From: Desulfosoma sp.
GTDB taxonomy: Bacteria; Desulfobacterota; Syntrophobacteria; Syntrophobacterales; DSM-9756
Assembly: GCA_037481835.1 (NCBI GenBank)
Contig: JBBFKW010000011.1
Location: forward strand, 1 to 64,000
Direction of reading: 5' to 3'
Length of the DNA stretch: 64,000 nucleotides
The first letter of the stretch is position 1, and every line of letters begins with the position of its first letter. The translations under genes and the position numbers were made by a program. This document shows, piece by piece, positions 10,441-19,614 of the stretch. The notes beneath the pieces were generated by a model. It did no database searches, had not been told where the DNA came from, and was given only the letters and a program-made list of their open reading frames with translations.

Positions 10441-10462
10441 GGCTAACTCGTTATTCTGCACA
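10441..10462 (-). mobile_element. attI-like recombination site / cassette 5' core (GTTAGCC)
   Basis: Minus strand TGTGCAGAATAACGA-GTTAGCC. The core complements the cassette's own R'' (GGCTAA), and there is no attC hairpin immediately upstream. Confidence 0.6.
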
Positions 10463-10835
10463 ATCTCCCTTAAGCTGCGATTCTTGATTAGAAGAAGCCC
10501 AGCAGGAGCGAGCGCCGCCGGGCTGTTCATGCTTGCAGGTATTGAGAACATGGGTGCTCAGGACGTGAGGACTCAAAATTTGCCAATCACCCTTGGCCAC
10601 CTGTTCCCCCTGTTATGGAGATTGGAAATAATCAGCAATTCGATTGGCCGGGGTGTCCTAGTTCGCCTTTTCCCAATAGTGGATGGGGCCGATGCCACTC
10701 ACTCATGACTATTTATGCTAATTTTTACAATGCATTGCAAGTATCATCAAATTGGAATTGCACGGCTTTTTGCCGTCAACCCGCATAGGCGGGCGAAGCC
10801 CACAGGAACGGGTCCGGTCATCGTATGGTTGGGCA

Positions 10836-11027
10836 TCATCCCCACAATTTCGAGAGGCCAAGAAATACCCAGCTAGACATCCCAAACATCATGGCGACCA
10901 AAAGGCCGACGACGAACAAGATGATCGCAGCAGGGATGGAAGCAATGGCCAACTTCACCAAAAATAACACCATGGTCCCGAATTTCATATCAACATCAAC
11001 GACCACGACCCTTTGCTCCTGCTCCAT
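10836..11027 (-). CDS. Small membrane protein (63 aa)
   Basis: VVVVDVDMKFGTMVLFLVKLAIASIPAAIIL followed by hydrophobic helices; strong AGGAGG RBS; GCCCAAC (RYYYAAC) directly after the stop. Confidence 0.75.
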   Translation of the reverse strand: MEQEQRVVVVDVDMKFGTMVLFLVKLAIASIPAAIILFVVGLLVAMMFGMSSWVFLGLSKLWG

Positions 11028-11186
11028 CTTCCCCTCCTTCTAAGAATAGATCGACGGTGGTTTGAAGCGAATTTGTGGCTACGAGATTGCCTCAACTAGA
11101 TCTGCAGTGCGTCGCGTGCAGTTTTCGCATTCAGTCCAAGCGAAGGTTTCACGCCGCAGAAGATCCGCCGCCTGGGATCGAAACGT

Positions 11187-13214
11187 TCAGCTCGGCTGCT
11201 GAGCCTGGGGCAGCAGCGCATGAGGGACGGCGTCCAGGATTTCTTCCAGGGTCACAATTTCGAGCCCTTCCCGCGCATCGTCCGGCATGGCCATGAGATC
11301 CGCCTTGTTGCCTTCCGGAAAGACCACCGTGCGCAGCCCCGCCCTTTGCGCCGCCAGCAGTTTTTCCCGAATGCCGCTCACGGGGAGGAGCCGTCCGCTG
11401 AGGGTCAGTTCGCCGCTGATCCCCACGTCGTTGCGCGCCGGCCTTTGGGTGAGCAAGGAGATCAGGGCGAGGCAAATGGTTGCCCCCGCCGATGGACCGT
11501 CCTTGGGGATGGCGCCCGCCGGAATGTGGATGTGCACGTCCGTGTCCTTGAAAAAATCCGGATCGATGGACAACTCCTGACAATGACTGCGCACGAAACT
11601 CAAGGCCGTTTGCGCGGATTCCTTGAGGACGGTGCCGAGGGACCCGGTGAGGATCAGCTGCTGGGAGCCTCTCATCCGGGTGGCCTCAACAAAGATGATC
11701 TCCCCTCCCGCCTCGCTCCATACCAGGCCCGTGGTCATGCCCACCCGAGGTCGAGCGGCGGCCGCAAGGGGCATGGCGCGGGGTAGGCCCAAAAGTTCGC
11801 GCACGACGACGTCGTCGATGCGGCCGGGTTCGCCCAGGACGCGGCTGCCTTGAACGTAGGCCCGGGCCAGTTTGCGGCAAATGGAGGCGATTTCCCGTTC
11901 CAACTGGCGCACACCCGGTTCGCGCGTATAGTCCCGAATGACGGCGAGCACCGCCTGGTCCGTGAAATGGACGCGGCCCCCCCAAAGGGCGTTTTCCTGA
12001 AGCTGTTTGGGAATGAGGTGCCTCTGGGCGATCTGGACTTTCTCTTTTTCCGTGTAGCCGGAAAATTCGATGATTTCCATGCGGTCCAAGAGCGGGCGGG
12101 GAAGGCGCTCCACCACGTTGGCCGTGGCGATAAACATGGTTCCGGACAGATCGAAAGGGACGTCCAAGTAGTGGTCCACAAATTGGCTGTTTTGCTCCGG
12201 GTCGAGGATTTCCAGGAGAACCGATGCCGGATCGCCCCGAAAATCCTGTCCGATCTTGTCGATCTCATCGAGCATCAGCACAGGGTTCTTGACCCCGAGC
12301 CGACGGATCTCCTGGAGAATACGCCCGGGCATGGCGCCGACATAAGTGCGCCGATGTCCGCGCAGTTCGGCTTCGTCCCTGAGGCCCGCCACGGACATGT
12401 GGGCGAAACGCCTCCCCAGGGCCTTGGCGATGGAGCGACCGATGGAGGTTTTGCCCGTTCCCGGCGGGCCCGAGAAGCACAGCACGGGCCCTCGAGCCAT
12501 CTGCATGTGCCTTTTCTTTTCTTTCAGGGAGCGCACCAGCGCGCGCAGCTCATCCAGATTCACGGGCTTTGCCAGGTAATGAACGGCGCCCTTTTTCAAG
12601 GACTCCACAGCCGAATGGACCGTGGCGTAGCCGGTGATCACGATGGTTTCCGTATGCGGGGCTTCCTTTCGGGCGAGGTCAAGAAGCTGCAACCCGTCGA
12701 TTTTTTCCATCTTCAGATCCGTCAAGATCAGATCGTAAGGACGCGCCTTGATGCGCTGCAGCGCCTCTTCCCCGTTGGCCGCCGTGTCGACCCCGTAGCC
12801 TTCCTTGCGAAGGACGTATTCCAAATTGGTCCGCGCAATGGGCTCGTCATCCACGACGAGGATCTGGAATTGCTGAATGGAACACAAGGTCCGGACGGCA
12901 AGATATTCGAGAATCCGCTCCTTTACCGGCTCCAAGCCGTAATGATCGGCTTCCAACACCTCGCGAACATGCTCCAAGCGCAGGTCGTCTTCCGTAAACT
13001 CGGACCACGGGAGGGAAATGAGGTAATCGAGGTAGGTTACCCCGATCCCGTATTCCGCCGCCGAAGGATCGAGATTTTCCAAAAGCTCCAGTTCTCTTTG
13101 GGCGACGCGGGCCACATGCTCGGGGAGCCTGGTCTTTTCCAGAGCGGCGCGCAATGTGTCCAGCTTCGTCGCCTGGGTTTCGGAACTGTCTTGCGACTTA
13201 CGAAAAAACACCAT
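11187..13214 (-). CDS. lon: Lon protease lacking the N-terminal domain, with an inserted response-regulator receiver domain
   Basis: DHYGLEPVKERILEYLAV, then a REC domain (VVDD, TDLKM, ITGY, AKP), then GPPGTGKTS, LDEIDK, PKDGPSAG and REKLLAA (Ser-Lys dyad). Confidence 0.95.
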   Translation of the reverse strand: MVFFRKSQDSSETQATKLDTLRAALEKTRLPEHVARVAQRELELLENLDPSAAEYGIGVTYLDYLISLPWSEFTEDDLRLEHVREVLEADHYGLEPVKERILEYLAVRTLCSIQQFQILVVDDEPIARTNLEYVLRKEGYGVDTAANGEEALQRIKARPYDLILTDLKMEKIDGLQLLDLARKEAPHTETIVITGYATVHSAVESLKKGAVHYLAKPVNLDELRALVRSLKEKKRHMQMARGPVLCFSGPPGTGKTSIGRSIAKALGRRFAHMSVAGLRDEAELRGHRRTYVGAMPGRILQEIRRLGVKNPVLMLDEIDKIGQDFRGDPASVLLEILDPEQNSQFVDHYLDVPFDLSGTMFIATANVVERLPRPLLDRMEIIEFSGYTEKEKVQIAQRHLIPKQLQENALWGGRVHFTDQAVLAVIRDYTREPGVRQLEREIASICRKLARAYVQGSRVLGEPGRIDDVVVRELLGLPRAMPLAAAARPRVGMTTGLVWSEAGGEIIFVEATRMRGSQQLILTGSLGTVLKESAQTALSFVRSHCQELSIDPDFFKDTDVHIHIPAGAIPKDGPSAGATICLALISLLTQRPARNDVGISGELTLSGRLLPVSGIREKLLAAQRAGLRTVVFPEGNKADLMAMPDDAREGLEIVTLEEILDAVPHALLPQAQQPS

Positions 13215-13383
13215 GGGAGCTTCTCCCCGGGTTCACCCCCGTGCCTTTTGTCGTCTCCCTTCCTCGTGCCGCCCCTTGCTCAAAGGCCCACAAGGCGATT
13301 CAAACTGCAACATCATCCCGCTCGAAGGCAACAATCCATAACTCATTAATTTCTCATGGCTTTACATGGAAACCGCAAAGGTG

Positions 13384-13398
13384 GTTGCATTGTGCAAC
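13384..13398. promoter_or_regulatory. Palindromic candidate enhancer (UAS) GTTGCA-N3-TGCAAC
   Basis: Perfect 6-bp inverted repeat in the divergent intergenic region, about 80 bp upstream of a sigma-54-like motif. Confidence 0.55.
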
Positions 13399-13478
13399 GT
13401 TTGGTGTCCTTGGGGCGCGCCGCCCCGTTGCCTCAAAAACGCTGTAAAACCAAATCCATAGGCATCCTTGCCCGGCCG

Positions 13479-13492
13479 GGCACGCTCCTTGA
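13479..13492 (+). promoter_or_regulatory. Candidate sigma-54 (-24/-12) promoter
   Basis: GGCACG-CTCC-TTGA against consensus GGCACG-N4-TTGC (one mismatch at -12), about 65 bp upstream of ATG 13559. Confidence 0.5.
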
Positions 13493-13558
13493 GTAAGGAA
13501 GGAAGCGAATGGCAACACACGCAAAGGCATCTCAAACCCTCGCCGGGAGGAGGACATC

Positions 13559-13738
13559 ATGAAACGGTGGAAAGAAAAACTCGAAGCCATGGCCGCAGCG
13601 GTTTCCTTTGCCGAAGCCGGCGATTGGGAAACGGCGCGGGAGTTCCTTCGCGACCGGACTGAAGATCGGGTCGGCGACCGTCGTGAAAAGCGGACCCACA
13701 AGACCGATCGTCCCAGGGCTCGAATCTATCGGACGTGA
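13559..13738 (+). CDS. 59-aa small protein with an AVSFAEAG motif (not in the ORF track)
   Basis: GGAGGAGG RBS; MKRWKEKLEAMAAAVSFAEAGDWETAREFLRDRTEDRVGDRREKRTHKTDRPRARIYRT. Confidence 0.85.
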   Translation: MKRWKEKLEAMAAAVSFAEAGDWETAREFLRDRTEDRVGDRREKRTHKTDRPRARIYRT

Positions 13739-13790
13739 AATGGATCTGCAATCCCATTTGCACAAAACAAGGAATGAGGAGGTCACAACC

Positions 13791-14366
13791 ATGCTGAAAA
13801 AGATCAAGAAACTGGTCAAGGGGGACCGTTCCCGTAAAGAAGACGTCTCGGTGGAAAGGCGGGATCTTGTGCGGGAGCACGTGGAAGAGCAGATGGTGGC
13901 GGCAACTCTCGCGGAAGCCGGCTTGCACCGGGAGGCTCAGGATCTTGTCCACGCGGGGCAACTGGCTCGGCGCAAGGTGCTCTTGGTCGGGCGCGAAGAC
14001 GGGATTTCCGATCCGGTGATGCATTATGCCGTAGGGTTTGCCGAGCGCATGGGCTATGAAATCGTCGCCTTGAATGTGGTCCCGCTGCCTGGAGATTCCT
14101 CGCGGACGCCTGCCGCATTGGAAGCGATAGTGTGCGAATACCGAAAATCCTGCGCCGAATCCGTGGAGAAGCTGCGGGAAATGTGCGAAGCCCGTGGCAT
14201 CCCGTGCACGCACATCTTCAAGACGGGAACGATCGAGGACTGCGTGCGGGAAATCCACGACGAATTGAAGCGGATCGAATTCGTGATCAGCGAACCGGAC
14301 ATTCCGCGGGAAGCCATGAGCCGCGGGGAGCCGTGGGTGGTTCCGGTCTACTCCTTGGCCCACTGA
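13791..14366 (+). CDS. Protein with an ATLAEAG motif and a universal-stress-protein-like domain
   Basis: GAGGAGG RBS; MVAATLAEAGLHREAQDLV followed by KVLLVG..YAVGFAERMGYEIVALNV..IEFVISEP. Confidence 0.85.
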   Translation: MLKKIKKLVKGDRSRKEDVSVERRDLVREHVEEQMVAATLAEAGLHREAQDLVHAGQLARRKVLLVGREDGISDPVMHYAVGFAERMGYEIVALNVVPLPGDSSRTPAALEAIVCEYRKSCAESVEKLREMCEARGIPCTHIFKTGTIEDCVREIHDELKRIEFVISEPDIPREAMSRGEPWVVPVYSLAH

Positions 14367-14454
14367 GCACGATGTTCCAATGGGGGCGAGCGCATTTGAG
14401 CACGCCGAGATACCGTCTGGACAAGAGGGACCGTTTGGTGAGAACGCAGGCAGA

Positions 14455-14504
14455 GGGGTAGGTCGTGTGGGGGGGGTGTCGGCCGCGCCTACACGACCTA
14501 CCCC
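14455..14504. repeat. Intercistronic stem-loop (17-bp arms, GTAGG-containing, REP-like)
   Basis: GGGGTAGGTCGTGTGGG ... CCTACACGACCTACCCC, 16 of 17 positions complementary. Confidence 0.65.
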
Positions 14505-14579
14505 CATGTCATGAGAGGGCCATGAGGTCCGCGGGGGATGTTGCGGGGTGGGAGCGGATTTGAGATCTTTTCAAGGGGG

Positions 14580-14675
14580 ATGAAAATGAACGGGCATTTT
14601 ATTTTCTCTGTGATCCTGGTTGTAGCGGTCCTCACTTTGTGTTTTCTGTACCGGAAGGAAAACAGGAAAAGATAG
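14580..14675 (+). CDS. 31-aa single-TM peptide (not in the ORF track)
   Basis: AAGGGGG RBS; MKMNGHFIFSVILVVAVLTLCFLYRKENRKR, ending 35 bp before the permease. Confidence 0.55.
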   Translation: MKMNGHFIFSVILVVAVLTLCFLYRKENRKR

Positions 14676-14710
14676 ATGCCAACAGTGACCGTTCGATCTG
14701 AGGAGGTTTT

Positions 14711-16519
14711 ATGACGCAAGAAATGATTCTGACTTTGTTGGTGCTCTTTTTCGCGGTGTTTCTTTTCGTCTCCGAGTGGGTTCGAGTTGACGTGGTCAGC
14801 ATCATTATGATGGTCATCCTCCCTCTCATGGGGCTCGTCACTCCGAAGCAGGCTTTTGAAGGCCTGAGTAGTAACGCGGTGGTATCCATTATCGCCGTGA
14901 TCATCATCGGCGCCGGTTTGGACAAGACGGGGATCATGAACAAGGTGGCCTCGCCCATCATCAAGTTCGGCGGCCGCAGCGAGACGCGCATCATGTGTCT
15001 TGTGTCGGCGACCGTGGGATTGATTTCCAGTATGATGCAAAACATCGGCGCAGCGGCACTTTTCATGCCGGCGACCCAAAGGGTTTCCAAGCGACTGGGG
15101 ATTCCGATTTCAAGGCTGCTCATGCCCATGGGGTTTTGCGCCATCATCGGAGGGACCCTGACGTTGGTCGGGGCGAGCCCGACGATCCTCCTCAATGACC
15201 TTCTGGTTGTGAAAGGCCAAAAACTCCAGCCGTTCGGCTTGTTCACCCAAACGCCCATCGGCGTGGGGCTCATGACGAGCGCCCTTCTCTATTTTGCCGT
15301 CTTGGGACGAAAACTGTTGCCCGCGGGCCAAGGCGAGGACGACATGGGCATTACGGCCAAGCTCATCAACGCCTACAACGCCTTGGACGTGCCCTATGAA
15401 GTGGAGGTTCCGGAAACGTTTTCGGGGCCGCAGACTTTGTCGAACTTGCGCATTCGGCAGGATTTTCTCGTATCGGTGGTCGCCATCGGGAATCCCCGCA
15501 CGGGGGCGCGGCGCCTAACGGTGCGCGGCCGAGATGCCGTCGGCCCGGGGGATGTCCTCGTCGTCCTGGGCGATAAGAGCCGGGTGGAGAAGATGGCGGC
15601 CTACTTCGGCTGGCAGGTGAAGCCCTCTTTGGACTATTTTGCGGACGATATGGCTCGAACCAATGCCGGCCTTGCAGAAACCATCGTCTCGCCCCGTTCG
15701 GAGCTTATCGGCAAGACACTCAGCGAAGCGGATTTTGTGGAGCGGTACCGGCTGAATCCCGTGGCGGTGCAAACGAAAGATCGCATTTATTATTCGGGCC
15801 TGAACCACGTGCGGTTGAAAGCCGGCGATATCCTTTTGCTGCAGGGACCGTGGTCGCGGTTCCACGTATTGCGCAACATGCCCCAACCCCGGGCTTTGAC
15901 ATTCGCCACGCCCCTGGAAGGCGAAATTCTTCGGCCCGAAAAGGCCAAGTGGGCCGTGTTTTGGCTTGCCTTGGCGTTGGCCCAAACCGTTTTCTTCGAT
16001 GTCCGCCTTTCAGTCGCCCTCATGTCCGGGGCTTTGGGCATGATCCTGACCGGGGTGCTCACCATAGACGAAGCCTATCATTCCGTGGACTGGATGACGG
16101 TGTTTCTCCTCGGGGGTCTTATCCCTCTGGGCGTCGCCTTCGAGCAAACGGGCACGGCAGCCTTCATCGCCCAAAGCATTCTCAAAGCCGTGGGGCACGT
16201 GCCGGCCATCGGCCTTCTCACGCTGGTGGCGCTCCTGACGTCCTTTTTCACCTTGGTCATTTCCAATGTGGGCGCGACGGTTTTGCTCGTTCCCCTGTGT
16301 ATGAACATGGCACTCATGTCCGGGGTCGATCCTCGCATGACGGCTATGGTCGTTGCCTTATCCGCGTCCAACAGCTTCATCCTGCCGACCCACCAAGTCA
16401 ATGCGCTGGTCATGCGTCCCGGCGGTTACCGGACTATAGATTACCTCAAGGCCGGCTCGGGCATTTCCATCGTGTACCTTGGGGTCATGTTGGCCATCAT
16501 CAAGATTTTCTACTTGTAA
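14711..16519 (+). CDS. SLC13/DASS-family permease with two TrkA-C domains
   Basis: GGTLTLVGASPTIL, central TrkA-C-like soluble domains, ISNVGATVLL and PGGYRTIDYLKAG. Confidence 0.93.
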   Translation: MTQEMILTLLVLFFAVFLFVSEWVRVDVVSIIMMVILPLMGLVTPKQAFEGLSSNAVVSIIAVIIIGAGLDKTGIMNKVASPIIKFGGRSETRIMCLVSATVGLISSMMQNIGAAALFMPATQRVSKRLGIPISRLLMPMGFCAIIGGTLTLVGASPTILLNDLLVVKGQKLQPFGLFTQTPIGVGLMTSALLYFAVLGRKLLPAGQGEDDMGITAKLINAYNALDVPYEVEVPETFSGPQTLSNLRIRQDFLVSVVAIGNPRTGARRLTVRGRDAVGPGDVLVVLGDKSRVEKMAAYFGWQVKPSLDYFADDMARTNAGLAETIVSPRSELIGKTLSEADFVERYRLNPVAVQTKDRIYYSGLNHVRLKAGDILLLQGPWSRFHVLRNMPQPRALTFATPLEGEILRPEKAKWAVFWLALALAQTVFFDVRLSVALMSGALGMILTGVLTIDEAYHSVDWMTVFLLGGLIPLGVAFEQTGTAAFIAQSILKAVGHVPAIGLLTLVALLTSFFTLVISNVGATVLLVPLCMNMALMSGVDPRMTAMVVALSASNSFILPTHQVNALVMRPGGYRTIDYLKAGSGISIVYLGVMLAIIKIFYL

Positions 16520-16809
16520 GCGCTGCGGCAATCCGCCCCGAAAGCCTGTGCCGGCGCGACCGGCTGTGCTCTCGGGGCGGTGTCGTGCCGCCTCGTCCCG
16601 GATCCTGCATCGGACTTTGCCCTGGCCGGCTCTCGAGCATTCCCGAGAGCGGAAAAGAACTGTGGGCCGCCTGAGGAGCAGTCCGGCGAATTCTCCCCTT
16701 CTCGGATCCCGGCTTTTTCTTTCCGATCTCCGACCGTGCTTCATGATGCCGTTGATCAAATGATGTTTTCATGCCATGCTCGGGTGCAGCGGTTTCCTGG
16801 AGGGCGCTT

Positions 16810-18246
16810 ATGGATCGGCAATGGGGCATCTTGAAAAAGATTTTTGGCTGGTACGGGCTCCTGGGTTGTGTCTTTTTCATGACCCTCGGGACCTTGTATT
16901 ACAAGACCCACCAGTTGATGGCCATTTCGGAAGAAATGGTGGGCACCAGCTACCGCCTTTCGACTTTGGCCAAAAGCATGCTCGAGCAGTTGTTGGCCAT
17001 GGAAGAAAATGAGAAGAAATTCTTGGTTCTCCGGAATCCACAGTACAAAGAATATTTTGCGTCGTCCTTGAAAGAATTCGAGGTCCGCCTGTCCGAAGCC
17101 CTGGCCCTCCTTGGAGGCACGGGGGACGCCCTTCCTCTGGAAAACGTCGCTCATGAATTCCATTCCTCGCGCCCGGCCGTCCTCATGGCCATGGATGGCG
17201 AACCCACGGGAACCTTATGGATCCCGGAGGAGACGTTGAATCGATGGATCCAAAAGGTATCGCTTTTCAAGGAAATGGAAGAACGTCGTACTCAAATTGC
17301 CAACCGCTCTCTCCACCAGCACGGTCGCACCGCCCTTCGATGGGGTTTCATCGGCATTGCCGTTTCTTTGGCCGCCTGCCTTCTGGGCGCCTTTTCCTTG
17401 GCCCGATCCATCAGGCGCCCTCTGAGAGAGCTGCAGCGGGGCATTCGCGCCTTGACCCGTAAAGGATCGGCGGAGCCCGTCAAGATCCTTTCCAAGGACG
17501 AGTTCGGTGAACTGGCTTTCGCCTTCAACGAGATGCTTCATCGGCTCGACGAGGAAGAACGCCTGAGGACGGATTTCCTGTCCATGCTGACCCATGAGAT
17601 CCGCAATCCCTTAACGACGGTGAGGGAATCCATCCGCTTGGTGGAAGAGGAGACCATGGGGCCGGTGCACGCATCCCAAAAGCGCTTCCTGAACCTGGCC
17701 CTTCGAGAACTGGACCGGATCGGAGATCTTCTGGGACAGCTTCTGCAAACTTCCCGACTGGAATCCCAGACTCTGCACATGGATCCTCAGGTGATCGGCC
17801 CGGGGGACCTGGTTGATGCCGCCGTGCACAGAGCTGCTCCTCTGGGCCAAGCCAAGGGTGTGATCGTCCATTCCTCGGTGGCGGACGATCTTCCCAACAT
17901 CATCGGGGATATGGATCACCTCCAGAGAGTGCTCATGAATTTGGTGGCCAACGCGGTAAAGTTTTCCCCAAGCGGCGCGACCGTTCACGTCCGTGCGGAA
18001 AAGGATGCGGAAGGCCGCGTTGTCTTTTCCGTCAGGGATCAGGGCCCCGGCATTCCCAAGGCGGAGCAACCCTTGGTTTTCAGAAAATATTACCGAGTCT
18101 CCTCTTTCCAGGATCATTTCGACGGCACCGGACTCGGATTGCACATTGCCAAACACATCGTGGAAGCCCATGGCGGGAAAATCTGGGTGGAAAGCGAGCC
18201 GGGACAGGGCAGCACATTCTTTTTTCACCTGCCTGTGAAAGGATAA
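16810..18246 (+). CDS. HAMP sensor histidine kinase (GlrK/QseE-like)
   Basis: Two TM segments, [21 protein letters not shown] and GTGLGL. Confidence 0.9.
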   Translation: MDRQWGILKKIFGWYGLLGCVFFMTLGTLYYKTHQLMAISEEMVGTSYRLSTLAKSMLEQLLAMEENEKKFLVLRNPQYKEYFASSLKEFEVRLSEALALLGGTGDALPLENVAHEFHSSRPAVLMAMDGEPTGTLWIPEETLNRWIQKVSLFKEMEERRTQIANRSLHQHGRTALRWGFIGIAVSLAACLLGAFSLARSIRRPLRELQRGIRALTRKGSAEPVKILSKDEFGELAFAFNEMLHRLDEEERLRTDFLSMLTHEIRNPLTTVRESIRLVEEETMGPVHASQKRFLNLALRELDRIGDLLGQLLQTSRLESQTLHMDPQVIGPGDLVDAAVHRAAPLGQAKGVIVHSSVADDLPNIIGDMDHLQRVLMNLVANAVKFSPSGATVHVRAEKDAEGRVVFSVRDQGPGIPKAEQPLVFRKYYRVSSFQDHFDGTGLGLHIAKHIVEAHGGKIWVESEPGQGSTFFFHLPVKG

Positions 18247-18250
18247 GAAC

Positions 18251-18856
18251 GTGGTCTTCCGTGGATTCACCCCGTGCATGTCCGTTCTTTTGTGCGCCGC
18301 TGTGCTGGCGGCGCTCCTGACCGTGGTTGCGTGCACCGCCTCGTCCGGCCATCGCCAGAAGGCGGAAGAGAACGCCATCATTGAGGCAGCGGCCTCCGAC
18401 GGGACCCGGCTCAAGGATGCGGTGACGGCGTTTCGAGCCCAAGACTACGCCACAGCTCACGATCTTTTCGAGCATTTGAGCCACGAAGCCCAAGACCGAG
18501 CACTGCGGCGCCAGGCTTTGTTCGGCTTGGCGTGCGTGCGCCTGGTTCAAGCGCAGTCCCCCGAGGAGATGAAGAGGGCTTTGAACGCATGGTCCATCTG
18601 GGAAGAACAGAGTCCTCCCACGGTTTCCTCCGAAGACCCGAGACTTCTCACCCCGGTGCTGCAGCGCCTTCCGGCGCTCATGGAGAAGCCGGTTCGCGTC
18701 ATAGGGCGCACGGCTAAACCGACGGCGGCTCCAACGGAATGGGCCAAGACGGTCGAGGAGAAAGACAGAGAAATTCAAGAGCTCAAAGATCGGCTGCGGG
18801 CGCTGGAATCCATCCATCGGGAATTGGAGGAAAAGAGGCGGGGGCTCAAGGAGTGA
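18251..18856 (+). CDS. Putative helical lipoprotein (QseG/YfhG-like)
   Basis: Hydrophobic signal ending VVAC, TPR-like helices and the C-terminal coiled coil ELKDRLRALESIHRELEEKRR. Confidence 0.7.
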   Translation: MVFRGFTPCMSVLLCAAVLAALLTVVACTASSGHRQKAEENAIIEAAASDGTRLKDAVTAFRAQDYATAHDLFEHLSHEAQDRALRRQALFGLACVRLVQAQSPEEMKRALNAWSIWEEQSPPTVSSEDPRLLTPVLQRLPALMEKPVRVIGRTAKPTAAPTEWAKTVEEKDREIQELKDRLRALESIHRELEEKRRGLKE

Positions 18857-19002
18857 ACGACCCCGGCGGAGGGGGTCTCGGTTTTAAGAGGCTGGTCTTC
18901 TCGGCGCCGAACAGTATAATAGAAATAGACCTGACATGGAGACGATGTCGAAATGAAGGATCGGCAGAGGGATCCCACGGTTTCTTGAGGAGGGAGGGGG
19001 CC

Positions 19003-19407
19003 ATGGAAGCAGGGCGAAAGATTTTGGTCATCGACGATGACCCCGAAATTTGCCAGGCGATGGAAACCATTTTGGGGGATAACGGCTACGAGGTCTTTAC
19101 GGCGACGGACACCGTGCGGGGGGAGGCCATTCTCGAGGAGCGCAAGCCGGACCTCCTCATCCTGGACATCATGATGGCCACCATTCAGGAAGGGCTGGAT
19201 TTCGCCGCCAAGATCAGGAAGAAAGAAGGCCCCTACGGATTGCCCATCGTGATCGTTTCCGGAAGACCGGCCACGGAACGGGGCTACCAGCGTTCGGTAG
19301 ATGAAGACATGGACTGGATCGCGGCGGATATTTTCATGGAAAAACCCGTCGATCCCGATGACCTCTTGAGGAACGTGCGAAGTCTTCTGGCCGCACGAAA
19401 GGCCTAA
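19003..19407 (+). CDS. Single-domain response regulator
   Basis: ILVIDDD, LILDIMM, IVSG and MEKPV; GGAGGG RBS. Confidence 0.92.
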   Translation: MEAGRKILVIDDDPEICQAMETILGDNGYEVFTATDTVRGEAILEERKPDLLILDIMMATIQEGLDFAAKIRKKEGPYGLPIVIVSGRPATERGYQRSVDEDMDWIAADIFMEKPVDPDDLLRNVRSLLAARKA

Positions 19408-19614
19408 AGCGGCGTTTTTCTCAGTGCCCATGGAGGATGTGACGCGAGCGCACTCCTACCCCTTCTGATCCACACGGTCCCGCTCGTCCAGATTGCAGGG
19501 CCCTTTGATCTTCCGCTTTCCCGCTTCTCTTCGATTCCACCGACCCCATCGCCGATTCCCTTACCGCTTTGGGCTTCTCACGGTCCGGGCGTCGCCCGGA
19601 AATGTTGCAGGCGC

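Noticed and set aside
10463..10770. An intact integron integrase next to the attI-like site
   Set aside because: There is no tyrosine-recombinase ORF on either strand, only a 5-codon THVLN patch that could be chance.
11850..13349. Long antisense ORFs (also 19897..21504, 21529..23151, 43214..44878, 51706..53265, 61001..62473)
   Set aside because: Typical high-GC antisense shadows of well-supported genes, with no motifs.
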